Origin: Raja brachyura
Lineage: Eukaryota
DNA: 64,000 nt
Assembly (NCBI GenBank): GCA_963514005.1
Contig: OY740781.1
Location: forward strand, 177,878,001-177,942,000
Direction: 5' to 3'
Under the pieces are notes generated by a model, which saw only the letters and a program-made list of their open reading frames with translations, searched no databases and had not been told where the DNA came from. The position numbers were made by a program, and so were the translations under genes. This document shows, one piece after another, positions 37,925-50,784 of this stretch (positions within the stretch are counted from its first letter, which is position 1; each line of letters opens with the position of its first letter).

Positions 37925-38452
37925 TAGTTTAGTTTATTATCACGTGTACCGAGGTACAGTGAAAAGCTTTTTTTGTTGTGTGCTGTCCAGTTAGCGGATA
38001 GACTATACATGATTACAATCAAGTTGTCCACCCTGTACAGATACAGGATAAAGGGAATGGTGTTTACTGCAAGATAAAGTCCAGTGAAGTTTGTTTAAAG
38101 AAAGTCTGAGGATCTCCAGTGAGGTAAATGAGAGGTCAGGACTGCACCCCAGTTGGTTGTGGGACATTTCAGTTGCCTGATGGCAGCTGGGAAGAAACTG
38201 TCCCTGAATTTGGAGGTATACATTTTCACACTTCTGTACCTCTTGTCGGATGGGTGCGGGGAGGAGGTAGTGTACGGGCTGATTATGCTGGCTGCCTTGC
38301 CAATGTAGCATGAAGTATAAATGGAGTCAATGGTAGGAAGGTTAGTTTGCCTGATGAATCCTCAATTCCCTGCAATTTCTTGCTATTCCCAAACCATGCT
38401 GTGACGCATGCTGATATCTATGGCTCATCTGTAGAGGTTGGTTAGAGTTGTT
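37925..38452 (-). mobile_element. Rex1/Babar LINE 3' fragment
   Basis: Reverse complement of the family at 9632-10242. Confidence 0.75.
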
Positions 38453-39048
38453 GTGTCACAACCAAAGGTCAGGATGCAGGTGCTATCGTTTTAAAACTCT
38501 ACTAATCTAAATTTTGGGGATTAAGCTTGTCCAGTTAATGTTTTAAAAGAAAGAAATTCCAGTTTGATGGATGGATGGTAATTTTGAACCATCCTATTTT
38601 CAGTTTTTATCTTTTACATACCATGGCAATGATTTGTTAATGATTCTGTGTTTAACTGAATTTAATTTTACTTTCTGGACACACATTACATGTTATGTGC
38701 ACTCTTTTTGAGTTAGAAATATTTAGTTTCACATTTCCAAGTAGCATTTTGCGATACTGCATGGAAACATGTCTTTCGGCCCACTGAGTGCATACCAACC
38801 ATCAACCATGCATTTACATGAATCTTATCTACCACACTTATCAATTCCTGCACCCTCACAGATTTTACCTCACATCCACACACATGGTGCAATTTACACT
38901 GGCCGATTAATGTACCAACCTGCATATCTTTGGGATGTGGGAGGAAACCAGAAGCCAGGGAGAAAACCCATGCATTCCCAGGAAGAACATTCAAACTCTG
39001 CACAGACAGCAGCATGATTGAGCCCAGGTATGTGAGGTTCCATGACCC

Positions 39049-39622
39049 ATGATGGGTCTTTGTCCCAAACATTATGGAGGGCTCTGTATGTGCAGTGTCT
39101 GGGGTTCCATCTTTTTCCATCTCAGGATCACGTTCAGGTTCTTGCCCAGGTAATTGAGATTTTAATAAAGGCCATTTTTATGCATTTTAGTTTCACCATG
39201 TAGAAATTACAGCAGTGTTTATACATAGTCCCCCCCATTTCAGCGTACCATAATGTTTGGGACACATGGCTTCACAGGTGTTTTTAATTACTCGGGTGTG
39301 TTTAAATGCCGCCTTATTGCAGGTTTAAGAGACCGTTCAGCACCTAGTCTTTCCTCCAGTCTTTCCATCACCTTAGGAAACTTTTATTACCGTTTATCAA
39401 CATGAGGACCAAAATTGTGCCAATGAAAGTCAAAGAAGCCATTATGAAACTGAGAAACAAGAATAAAACTGTTAGAGACATCAGCCAAACTTTGGGCTTA
39501 CGAAAATCAACTGTTTGGAACATCATTAAGAAGAAAGTACTATTACAAACCTCAAATTGTGGAGTACAGAGGCAAATAAATAAATGATGGGTCTTTGTCC
39601 CAAACATTATGGAGGGCACTGT
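39049..39622 (+). mobile_element. Internally deleted Tc1/mariner remnant (second family) with duplicated right end
   Basis: ORF 39402..39587 MRTKIVPMKVKEAI...TVRDISQTLGLRKSTVWNIIKK is a Tc1 HTH N-terminus. The TIR ...TTTGTCCCAAACATTATGGAGGGCACTG|TA occurs twice. Confidence 0.8.
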
Positions 39623-39992
39623 ATGTGCAGTGTTGGGTCCATGCTGCAATATCTGCTGTCAAATCCAATAGAGCCCATTGCCATTGGACAAAATCTCACA
39701 TGTGTTGGGTAGTTTGAATGCAAAGCTCATCCTTTGTAAAAATAAATCATGCTTTCCTAAAATGATCCAAAAAATGTATTGTCTAGTCTGTTTTGGAATT
39801 TGATTCTACTTTATGTCCAACAGTGCTCCCGACGCATTGGCTCTTCGTTTGTTCTATGGACTTATTTAAATTGACCTAGAGGGAATTCATTTTGTAATCT
39901 ATAGTGGACAAAAGTTTTAAACGTGTAAAATTATCATTGAAGGTTAAACACAACATGAGTTTTGTTATATGTTGGCTGCCCGATATAAACAT

Positions 39993-40305
39993 TTTAGTTT
40001 AGTTTAGGGATACAGCGCGGAAACAGGCCCTTCGGCCTCACGGGTCAGCGCCAACCAGCCATCCCCGCATATTAACACTATCTTCCACACACTAGGGACA
40101 TTTTTTACATTCACCAAGCCAATTAACCTGTATATCTTTGGAGTGTGGGAGGAAACCTAAGATCTCGGAGAAAACCCACGCAGGTCACGGGGAGGACGTA
40201 CAGACAGCACCCGTACTCAGAATCGAATCCTGATCTCCGGCACTGCATTCGCTGTAAGGCAGCAACTGTACCGCTGTGCCACCGTGCTGACCTTGTGCCC
40301 ACCGT
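39993..40305 (-). mobile_element. Near full-length V-SINE (HE1-like)
   Basis: Minus-strand head ggcacggtggcacagcggtacagttgctgcc...gattcgattc, V-domain, and CR1-type tail with (taaac)n. Confidence 0.9.
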
Positions 40306-42462
40306 GCCATTCTTATGGTTATTGATGATCTTCTGCCACTTTTTCATTGCAGTTCTTTGCTTTTGATTGAGTTTTAAGAATCTTTTCATCTTGCTTTGCA
40401 ATTGGATTATTTTTTCATTTTAAAAAGGTTCAAAGGTATTTTATTGTCAGGTGTACCAATTAAAATAGAGTGACACTTGATTTACCATACCGGCATACTA
40501 GAAAAAACAACAGGATACACAATTACATATAAGTTAACATAAACCACCTGTATGTGGTTTACCACAGCAAATTCCCCACATCCACCACAGTGAATTCCCC
40601 ACATTCCTCACTGTGATGGAAGGCAATAATGTCTAATCTTCACTTTATTCTCCCACGGTCGGGGCAGTCGGCGATTGAAGCCCCCAAGTCGGGGCGGCCG
40701 AAGCTGCCACAATCGGGGCGGTCGAAGCTCCTGCGGTGTGGTGCTCCCGAAGTCGATCCCTAACCAAGGGACCGCGAGCTCCATGATGTCAAAGTCCGCA
40801 GGTTCTCCCGGTTGGAGCTCCAACGTCGATCCCCGACAAGGACCACCAGCTGCACGATGTTAAGTCCTGCAGGCTCTCAGGTGCTCTGGTTTCCCCCCAC
40901 ACACCAAAGCCGTCCAGGTTTGTAGATTAATTGTCTTGGGTAAAATGGTAAATTGTCCCTAGTGTTAGTTTACGGGATGATCGCTAGTTCGAGCGGACTT
41001 GGTGGGCCAAAGGGCCTGTTAGTGCGCTGTATCCTAAACTAAACTAAATCGGCTTTTCTGAGAGTGAATCCGCAGTTGGCCCAGATAGAATCCTGTGGTG
41101 CGTCCTCAGGATCTGCATGGATCAAGTATTCACGGCCATCGTTAACCTCTCCGTACTCTATTCTGAAGTTCCCACCTCCTTTAAGAAGACCCCCATTGTC
41201 CCGGTGCTAAAGAAAAGCAAAGTATCACGCCTTAATGATGACCATTCAGTGGACTGACATCTGCCATCATGACGTGCTTCAAGAGGCTGAGTGTGATGCA
41301 GATAACTCCAGCCTCTCAGGCAGCCTTGATCCACTGCAATTTATCTACTGTTGGAACAGGTCCATGGCAGACACGATCTCCTTGGTTTGACATATCTGCA
41401 ATGACTCCCACCAACTCTACAGATGCACGATAGAAAGCATGCATCACAGTTTGTTTGGCGACACATAAAAACAAACAAACAATAATAGTGAAAAAAGATA
41501 AAACCAATGCACTCAAGTCTACTTTATAACTTTATGATTCTTATATTCTACTAGACCAAGTGGGATCCGTTGGGTCCCTGTCACATGGGAGGGCTGGTCC
41601 CCAAACACAATATTCCACCACTCACCCATAGCCCCCAACTGCGCAGGCGCGGCTGACGGGTTCACATTGTGACGCCAGAGATCCCCGTTGTGACGTGAGT
41701 GACGGCAACCCTCCCCAAGTGCGCCTCGCCATCCCTCTTCCTATCCCCATCCTCCTCCAGTCCCCCCCATTCGCAGCACTTCCACCCCCTCCACTTCACC
41801 TTCCCTCTTTCCCCTCTCCTCCTCCCCTTTTCCGCTCCCTCCCTCACCTCTCCCTCCCTCTCCTTTTCCCTACCCTCAGTCATTCCCTCCCTCCATAACC
41901 CCTCTCCTCTCCCTACCCCCCTTGATGTCATTGTGAGGTGGAAGCTGCTGTGTTTTTTAAAACAGATTTTTAAAAATGTAATGAGATCCCATTGTGATGT
42001 GCGGTGGAAGACTGCTGACGGGCAGTTTATGTAAATTAAATCCCATTGTGACGTAATACGCTGCTAACTGCCAGTGCAGATGGAAGAGATTCTTGTCAAA
42101 GTGGTTTTTGTAAAGTTTAAAATGTAAACGGAAACGGAAAATATACCATCAATCTGAACGAAACAATACAATACACCACAGGACAATGGTGTGTAAGGGG
42201 GGCCAAAATTGTAGCACTATCGTGTACCGCTTTGGCGTCATTTCAGGATCACACTCATCACAGACACACACACAGACATAATAACAAACAAACAAGATGA
42301 GAGTTTTAGTAATATATACTAGACCAAGTGGGCCCCTTTGGGCCCCGTTCCCCCAACACATTATTCCACCACTCACCTGTTCCCCCAACCAAACCCGTTC
42401 CTCCAAAGCAATATTCCACCACTCACCGATAGCCCCTAACTGTGCAGGCGCGGCTCATTTCC

Positions 42463-43507
42463 TAGCAATGTTACAAAATTTTGAGATTTTAAAAATCAAG
42501 TCTGCAATTTATCCCATCAGATAAAGCATAAAAAGAAGTTTAATTTGACACCTAATTCACTTTCATATCTTCAGTATTAAAAAAGTTATGGGCATTTTCA
42601 TACTCGGAAATTAGCAACTTGTTTCCTATTGCTTTTCTATTGACTTAACACAAAAGTTGTGATCGAGGACAGTCAAAAGCCCATAACTTTCTTAAAAATT
42701 AAGAGAACTGAAAGAAATTTTCAGTTATTATAGATTGAAGTATTCTGAAACAAATATGAAACAATCTTACTTGGATGACCTGAAATTAAAGCATATAACT
42801 AGTTAGATACCCAATTGTAGCTAATTACAAAATTCAATTACTGGATCTAAACATCTATCCATTTCTTAAGAAAAAAATTAAAAAAAATTTAAAGCCTAAG
42901 TGTCCAATTAACATTCGCACAATAATTCACAATATAACATGATTTTAAAATCTAATTGTCATTCATTTATAGGCCAAATTTAGTGTTTAATGCCCATAAA
43001 TTAATGGGCATTTAAATCAGCTTGCAAGTGGGATTTTCTGGAACGCGATGGATTAGAACGTTGCGGTTACGGTGAATTTAAACCCAATATCGGCGGGAAA
43101 AATTCTGCCAGTTCGTATGGGGACTAGATCACCATTTCGCAACATTATATGTTGATTAAGGTAATCTAAAAAAGCAGGTTTATATGTAAAAATAAACAGC
43201 TTTCACTTACCTGTCCCCTACGTAAAATCGGTCCCCGTTGTCGGCGTTCACGGCATTAGGAGCTAATTTTTATTTTACTCCAGCGCTGAAATAGTCGGGC
43301 TATTTATTTAAAAAAATTAACTTACCGGCAGTCGGAACGAATCTCCAGAAATAGATCACACTCCGACAAAAGAAAGCTCCGGATGGCAAGGGAAAAAACG
43401 CATTTTAACCCCGCCCCCTCCTCCCCCCCCTTAAAGACGCCAAAGTCGCGCACACGGCCAGTGACCGAACTGCAGCACCGCTAAAGGTAAGTTTTGTAAC
43501 ATACCTA
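42463..43507. mobile_element. Non-autonomous TIR DNA transposon, copy 2 (7-bp TSD), nested in the Helitron
   Basis: TAGCAATGTTACAAAA ... TTTTGTAACATACCTA; TSD CATTTCC on both sides. Confidence 0.9.
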
Positions 43508-43759
43508 CATTTCCCCTCATCCCCCAACTGTCTCTCCCTCCTCTTCACCCTCCCCTCTTCTCTCCCATCTCCTCCTGCCCTCTTGCACTCCCTCCCTCAC
43601 CTCTCCCTCCCTCTCCTTTCTCCTACCCTCAGTCACTCCCTACCCTCAGTCATTCCCTCCCTCCCTCCATAACCCCTCTCCCCTCCCTACACCCCTGACT
43701 CGTTGGGACCCATTCCCCCAACGCAATATTCCACCACTCACCCATAGGTCCCTTCTGCC

Positions 43760-44245
43760 CCCACCCCCCGTCCCGCTCCCCCCCAAAAGAAAAGTTCTGG
43801 AAATGAAACCTCTCCCCTATTCCACCCCCCACAAGGAAAGCCCCAACGTGGGGGGGGGGGGCGTCGGCGCTGCCCACCCCCTCCCCCTTCCCCATCCCTC
43901 CCTCCCACAAGGATAGTTCTGGAAATGTAATCTCCCCATTCCATCCCCCACAACAAAAACCCCCACCCACCATCCCACCCCGCCCCCCCCCCCACAAAAA
44001 ATTCTGGAAATGAAACCTCTCCCCTATCCCACCCCCCCCCCCACAATGAAACGGGAGCTCCCCCCATCCCACCCCCCCACAAGGAAAATCACAATTTTTT
44101 TGAGTAAATGAAACCTCTCCCCTATCTCACCCCCCCACAATGAAACGGGAGCACCCCCCATCCCATCCCCCCACAAGGAAAATCACAATTTTTTTGAGTA
44201 AATGAAACCTCACCCCTATTCCACCTCCCCCACAATGAAATCTAA
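43760..44245. repeat. C-rich imperfect minisatellite inside the Helitron
   Basis: Recurring AAATGAAACCTCTCCCCTAT(T/C)CCACCCCCC...CACAA(T/G)GAAA units. Confidence 0.8.
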
Positions 44246-44823
44246 ATGAGATTCCATTGTGATGTGCCCATTCCCCCAACGCAACCTGTTCCCCCAACAA
44301 AATATTCCACCACTCACCCATGGCTCCCAACTGCCCAAGCACGGCTCATACACTCACTCCCCCTCATCTTCACCCTCCCTCTTCTTTCCCCTCACCTCCA
44401 CTCCACTTCCTGCCTCACCTCTCCATCCCTCTTCTTTTCCCTATCCTCAGTCACTCCCTCCCTCATCTCTCCCCTTTCGCACTCCCCCATTAAACACAAT
44501 ATTTAAATAACATTTCTTCTCCCCTCCCCCAATCCCTACCTCTCCTTACAACAATGTAACAAATCTCTCATTGCCCTGGCGGGAGCCTATCCCAACACTG
44601 TTGATTGGCAGCTGATCTCATTGGGATGTCATTGTCGGGTGGCGGAATGTACACGGCAGCGTATGTAAATGAGATCCCATTGTGACGTGATCGTAGCTAA
44701 CTGCCGGAATCTCCGATCAACCGTCACAGCATCTGCCAAGTTATTCTTCTCAAAGTGGAGTTTTTAAACGTATTTTAAATTGTAAAGTTTAGCGCTATCG
44801 TGTACCGTTTTGGCGTAGGTCCG

Positions 44824-44978
44824 NNNNNNNNNNNNNNNNNNNNNNNNNNNNNNNNNNNNNNNNNNNNNNNNNNNNNNNNNNNNNNNNNNNNNNNNNNNNN
44901 NNNNNNNNNNNNNNNNNNNNNNNNNNNNNNNNNNNNNNNNNNNNNNNNNNNNNNNNNNNNNNNNNNNNNNNNNNNNNN
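44824..44978. other. Assembly gap (155 N)
   Basis: Run of N. Confidence 1.
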
Positions 44979-45115
44979 GCAAGTAGCCCTTGTGGTTTCA
45001 GAACCTCCTTACCTATACGTGCTACAGTCTTCAGGAATCTTTGGACATGCACACAAAGTATTCTGTTCCTTAGTGCTTACTAGTGTTCTACCATTCATTA
45101 CATATATCTTAGTCT

Positions 45116-45425
45116 CAATAGTCCATTATTTGGAGGTTGTGGTGTTTAATAGCCTGATGGCTGTAGGGAAGAAGCTGTTCCTGAACCTGGATGTTACGGT
45201 TTTCCGGCTCCTGTATCTTTTTCCCGATGGCAGGGGTGAAATGAGTGTGTGTGCAGGGCGGTGGGGTTTCTGATAATGCTGGCTGCCTTTTAGAGGCAGT
45301 GACTCCTGTAAAATCCCTTGATGGTGGGGAGGTCAGAACCCGGGATGGACTGGACTGTGTACACCACTTTTTGCAATCTTCTTCGCTCCTGGGCATTCAA
45401 GTTGCCAAATCAGGCCGTGATGCAA
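45116..45425 (-). mobile_element. Rex1/Babar LINE 3' fragment
   Basis: Reverse complement of the family at 13030-13400 and 37055-37330. Confidence 0.85.
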
Positions 45426-47885
45426 GGTCCGGAAGATGGAGGTCCGGCTACACAATCGTGAGCATAGAGTGAGTAGAGCATTAGAGGTGCTAATTTAATT
45501 TATGCTTTTTGGATGGACTAATAAGACTAAGATATACACAATGAATGGTAGAACACTAGGAAGCACAAAGGAACAGAATACTTTATATGAATGTCCAAAG
45601 ATTCCTGAAGACTAGCAAATATAGGCAAGGTGGTTCAGAAACCACACAGGTTACTTGCCTTCGTTAGCCAGGATATGGAATATAAGAATCGTAAAGTTAT
45701 GCTACATCTACTTAAAAACATTAATTAAGCCATAGCTGTTATATCAAGTGCAATTCTGTTAATAATAAGAAGGGTAATGAATGCACTGGAGGAGCACGCA
45801 TGAATGATGCTTGAGATGGAGTATTTCAAGGTTTCAAGGTCAGTTTATTGTCACATGTACCAGTTAAGGTACAGTGAAATTAGAGTTAGCATACAGCCAT
45901 ACTAAGTGAAAAGCAACAAGACACACAACCACATAAAGGTTACCATAAACATCCACCACAGTGGATGCCACATTCCGCAGTGCGAAGAAGGCTGAAGGGG
46001 AAACTGATTAAGTGTTAGAATTATGAAGGGCATAAATAGGGTAGATAACGAAAAAGGTACCTCCATACCTGACAGGTCTGTAACCTGTGGGCATCAGAAA
46101 CGGGTAGGAGATTTAAAGGAGATTTGAGGTGTTTTTTTACCCATGGGTGATTAAAATCTGATATGCCATGCCTGATGCAGGTACTTTCACAACATCAGAT
46201 GAAAACCTGAAATACCATGGGCTAGTGATACTAAATGAAGATGGTTATTTGATGACTGGCACCGTGATGGTGGGCCAAAGGTCCTGTTTCCTTTCTGTAT
46301 GAGTCCTATCAACTATCTACAAGGCAAGTAAGGATAAGGAGACTAACCAGTGTAGTCTCATGACAAAAGTCTTACTTGCTATTTGAATTGTAGACATTTT
46401 ACAGCTCAGAAGGAGGCAATTCAGTTCACTATGTCTGGGTCAGTCAAGAACTGGCTAGCTGCTTTCCATCATCCGATATTGGTTCTGTAGCACTGAAGAT
46501 TACAAGTGCTTAAGGCCAAGTGCTTTATAAATATAGATTTTACCCACTACCACCCTTCCAAGTCAAGCCACGTTAGCGTTATTGTCATTTGCACGAATGG
46601 TGAGGTGCAGGTGCAATGAAAATATTGCCTGTAGCAGCATCAGAGGCACATAGGCCCGGAAGCACACAAAACATAAATTATACATAAATTATATGACATT
46701 GAATAGATAAAGACTGTGCATAAACAGGGCCTTGTGCAGAGCACAATTAGTAAAACAAGTATTGATAGTGCAAGAGGTGGTCTGTGCTGTTCTTTTGATG
46801 AAGTAAGATTACGGTCGTGCAGGTCTGTTGAAGTAAAATACCTGTGCCTGAACCTTGTGCCTGATGGTAGCAGTGAGAAGATATGGATGGTGGGGATCGT
46901 AGATGATAGATACAATTTTACACCCCTACTACCATCAAAAGTGAAAAATATTTAGCCCTCATTTAATCCTTCTATCAATTACATTAATCTTTTGTGCACT
47001 TGTTTTTGACCCCTTTGTTAGAGAAAATTCATCCTTCCCATTTACTTTATCTTGGCTAACTATTTCATTTAGACATAGAGGAACCCCTTAACTGAGCAGC
47101 TCTTAGAGCAGACCTATCAATCCCATTTCCCCACTTGTTGCTCAGTAATCTATTTTCCCTCGCATGCCCATCAATCCGTGCTGTCTGCTTTTTCTGCCAC
47201 CCACCAATACAAGGGGTAATTTACAGTACCCTTAATTATCCATAAGGGGATCTTTAGCAAATGAGAGGAAACCAGAGCAACCAGGAAATACTTCCCGAGG
47301 AAAACATGCAAATTTTACTCACTTGACAGTCTCCTCGCCTCCTCTGCTGCAAAGAAAACAACCATAGTACATGCAACATCAGCTGCTGCTCATGTTCCGA
47401 AAATATGAAACACCGGCTCCGCCAACTAATGGTACTTCCTGTACCTTCAGTTTTGCAGGACATGGGAAGTTTTGTCAAATTCCCACTTGGTACAGGATGT
47501 GCATTCCACAGACCTGAAGTGCCTTTCCATGCCTTTCTATTTATTTGATTAGCTCACCAGATACCAGAATAGTACCTTTTCCTCCCACTGCATTCCCACA
47601 CTGATCAAAATCCAGAAGCGGTACTCTGTGAATGTGGTCTCTATGCTACTTGCTGGTGCATTACGCAAATCTCTTGTGTATTTACACCAGCTGTAATTTC
47701 AAAAACAAGAGTTAGTAGTTAGTAACCAGTTCTAGCTAACCTTTGACTTAATTGTGCAACTGCTATGAATAAGGTACTTGTTTACTAGTGACTAACAATG
47801 TAAAAGAAACTACAAGTTACAAATTACATTTGTATTCAATACCAAATGTGTTTTATACAACTCCAGAATAATCTCAGCTCTTCTC

Positions 47886-48303
47886 GATGCTGGAGAATCG
47901 AGGGTTACACAAAAAGCTGGAGAAACTCAGCGGGTGCAGCAGCATCTAAGGAGCGAAGGAGATAGGTGACGTTTCGGGTCGAGACCCTTCTTCCTTTTTT
48001 CGTAGGGAGGAGGAGAACTTCTTCAAAGTAGGCATACCTTGAGGAGATATCGCAGTGGAGTAGACCCTCGATTCTCCAGCATCTGCAGTTCCTTCTTTAA
48101 CACTTTGTCTACTCCACTGCGATATCTCCTGAAGGTATGCCTACTTTGAAGAAGTTCTCCTCCTCCCTATGAAGGGAAGAAGGGTCTCGACCCGAAACGT
48201 CGCCTATCTCCTTCGCTCCATAGATGCTGCTGCACCCGCTGAGTTTCTCCAGCTTTTTGTGTAACCCTCGATTCTCCAGCATCTGCAGTTCCTTCTTTAA
48301 CAC
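47886..48303. mobile_element. Penelope pseudo-LTR-derived inverted/direct repeat structure
   Basis: Arms 47886-48065 and 48107-48283 are near-perfect inverted repeats; 48064-48103 equals 48264-48303 (direct). Confidence 0.85.
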
Positions 48304-48399
48304 CTCCTCTGACAGTTTGTTCCATATACCCATCATTCTCTTAGTGACAGTTGCCCCTCAGGTTCCTATTAAATCTATCCTCCTCTCACCTTAAACTTA

Positions 48400-49995
48400 C
48401 AGTGACTTGCAAAAGTATTCACACCCTTTGAACTTTTTCCACATTTTGTCACGTTACAACCACAAACTTAAATGTATTTTATTGGGATTTTATGTGATAG
48501 ACCAACACAAAATGGTGCATAATTGTGAAGTGGAAGGAAAATGATACATGATTTCCAAATTTTATTACAAATAAAAAACTCAAAAGTGTGGCGTGCAAAA
48601 GTATTCAGCCTTTGTAGAACCACCTTTCGCTGCAATTACAGCTGCAAGTCTTTTGGGGTATGTCTCTACCAGCTTTGCACATCAAGAGACTGAAATTTTT
48701 GCCCATTCTTCTTTGCAAAATAGCTCGAGCTCAGTCAGATTGGATGGAGTGCGTCTGTGAACAGCAATTTTCAAGTCTTGCCAGAGATTCTCAATTGGAT
48801 TTAGGTCTAAATTTGACTGGGCCATTCTAACACATTAATATGCTCTGATCTAAACCATTCCTTTGTAGCTCTGGCTGTATGTTTAGGGTCGTTGTCCTGC
48901 TGGAAGGTGAACCTCCGCCCCAGTCTCAAGTCTTTTGCAAACGGGTTTTCTTCCAAGATTGCCCTGTATTTGGCTCCACCCATCTTCCCATCAACTCTGG
49001 CCAGCTTCCCTGTCCATGCTGAAGAAAAGCATCCCTACAGCATGATGCTGCCACCACCATGTTTCACAGTGGGGATGGTGTGTTCAGGGTGATGTGCAGT
49101 GTTAGTTTTCCGCCACACATAGCGTTTTACATTTAGGCCAAAAACTTCAATTTTGGGCTCATCAGACCAGAGCACCTTCCTCCACATGTTTGCTGTGTCC
49201 CCCACATGGCTTGTGGCAAACTGCAAATGGGACTTCTTATGGCTTTGTTTCAACAATGGCTTTCTTCTTGCCACTCTTCCATAAAGGCCCGATTTGTGGA
49301 GTGCACGACTAATAGTTGTCCTGTGGACAGATTCTCCCACCTGAGCTGTGGATCTCTGCAGCTCCTCCAGAGTTACCATGGGCCTCTTGGCTGCTTCTCT
49401 GATCAATGCTCTCCTTGCCCGGCATGTCAGTTTAGGTGGACGGCCATGTCTTGGTAGGTTTGCAGTTGTGCCATACTCTTTCCATTTTCGGATGATGGAT
49501 TGAACAGTGCTCCGTGAGATGTTCAAAGCTTGGGATATTTTTTTATAACCTAACCCTGCTTTAAACTTCTCCACAACTTTATCCCTGACCTGTCTGGTGT
49601 GTTCCTTGGGCTTCATGATGCTGGTTGTTCACTAATGTTCTCTAACAAACCTCTGAGGCCTTCACAGAACAGCTGTATTTATACTGAGATTAGATTACAT
49701 ACAAGTGGACTCTATTTACTAATTAGGTGACTTCTGAAGGCAATTGGTTGCACTGGATTTTATTTAGGGATATCAGAGTAAAGGGGGCTGAATACTTTTG
49801 CATGCCACACTTTTCAGTTTTTTACTTGTAAAAAAATTGGAAAACCATGTATCATTTTCCTTCCACTTCACAATTATGCGCCACTTTGTGTTGGTCTATC
49901 ACATAAAATCCCAATAAAATACATTTACATTTGTGGTTGTAACGTGACAAAATGTGGAAAAGTTCAAGGAGTATGAAAACTTTTGCAGGCCACTG
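48400..49995 (-). mobile_element. Full-length Tc1/mariner transposon (Passport-like IR/DR type)
   Basis: TA|CAGTG...CACTG|TA, with ~210-bp TIRs each carrying outer and inner AAAAGTATTCA-like direct repeats. Inserted in a CR1 3' region. Confidence 0.95.
48612..49616 (-). pseudogene. Tc1 transposase pseudogene
   Basis: ORF 49035..49616 MKPKEHTRQVRDKVVEK...GRPPKL...WSDEPK...GGGSIML* has a TGG>TAG stop relative to copy 1. There is a 5-bp deletion near 48940. The remainder encodes QDNDPKH and LNPIENLW to AVIAAKGGSTK. Confidence 0.93.
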
Positions 49996-50490
49996 TATAT
50001 CGTCTGGTTCTTGATTCCCCTACCCTGGGTAAAAAACTGTGCATTCACCCTATCAATTCCCATCATGATTTTATACACCTCTTTAAGATCAATCCTCAGC
50101 CTCCTGTGCTCCAAGGAATAAAGTCCTAGCCTGCCCAATGTCTTCCTATAGCTCAGGCCCTCGTCCTAGCAACGTCTTCGTAAATCTCTTCTGCACCCTT
50201 TCCAGCTTAATGACATCCTTTTTAAAGCATGTTGACAAAACCAAAACAAAAACATGTTGATGAACGCAATACTCTAAATGCAGCCTCACCAATGCCCTGT
50301 ACAACTGCAGCATAATGTCCCAACTTCTACATTTAATATCCTGATTAATGAAGGCCAATGTACCAAAAGGCTTCTTTACCACCCTATCTATACGGGATGC
50401 CACTTTTAGGTACCTTTACCTGGACTCCTAGATACCTCAGCTTTACAACGCTCCCCTGGGCCCTGCCATTCATTGTAAAGGTCCTGTATT
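49996..50490 (-). mobile_element. CR1 LINE 3' fragment (continues left of the Tc1 at ~48304-48399)
   Basis: [44 protein letters not shown]. Confidence 0.9.
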
Positions 50491-50687
50491 GTACACATGC
50501 AGCTACATTACTTTCAACACATTTAAAAAAATCATCCCAAATTCAAGCCATCACTATGAACTGTGTGGCACTTATTATTTCAGGATGGTAGATCGTATAT
50601 AACAACCCTTTTCAATCTGCACACGTTAAGTTTCCTTGCAGGAAAGCTATTTTGCAAATGGTCCAAAAGTCAAATGTCTCTTCTCAT

Positions 50688-50784
50688 GTCTGAAGAAGGG
50701 TCTCGACCCGAAACGTCGCCTATCTCCTTCGCTCCTTAGATGCTGCTGCACCCGCTGAGTTTCTCCAGCTTTTTGTGTAACCCT
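50688..50784 (+). mobile_element. Isolated Penelope terminal unit with intact hammerhead-like core
   Basis: gtCTGAAGAaGGGTCtcGACCCGAAACGTCgcc...ctgagtttctccagctttttgtgtaaccc. Confidence 0.8.

Larger units (their letters stand above)
41551..44823 (-). mobile_element. Multi-unit non-autonomous Helitron array running into the assembly gap
   Basis: 3' CTAG at 41551 with hairpin GGGATCC-GTT-GGGTCCC; head-to-tail junction at 42309-42328; further partial unit from ~43700; homologous to 12204-13794. Confidence 0.85.

Noticed and set aside
43760-44245. Repeat-spacer-like pattern resembling a CRISPR array
   Set aside because: Eukaryotic C-rich minisatellite in a Helitron; spacers are not unique and there are no cas genes
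44764-45273. ORFs containing X runs
   Set aside because: Artefacts of the N gap
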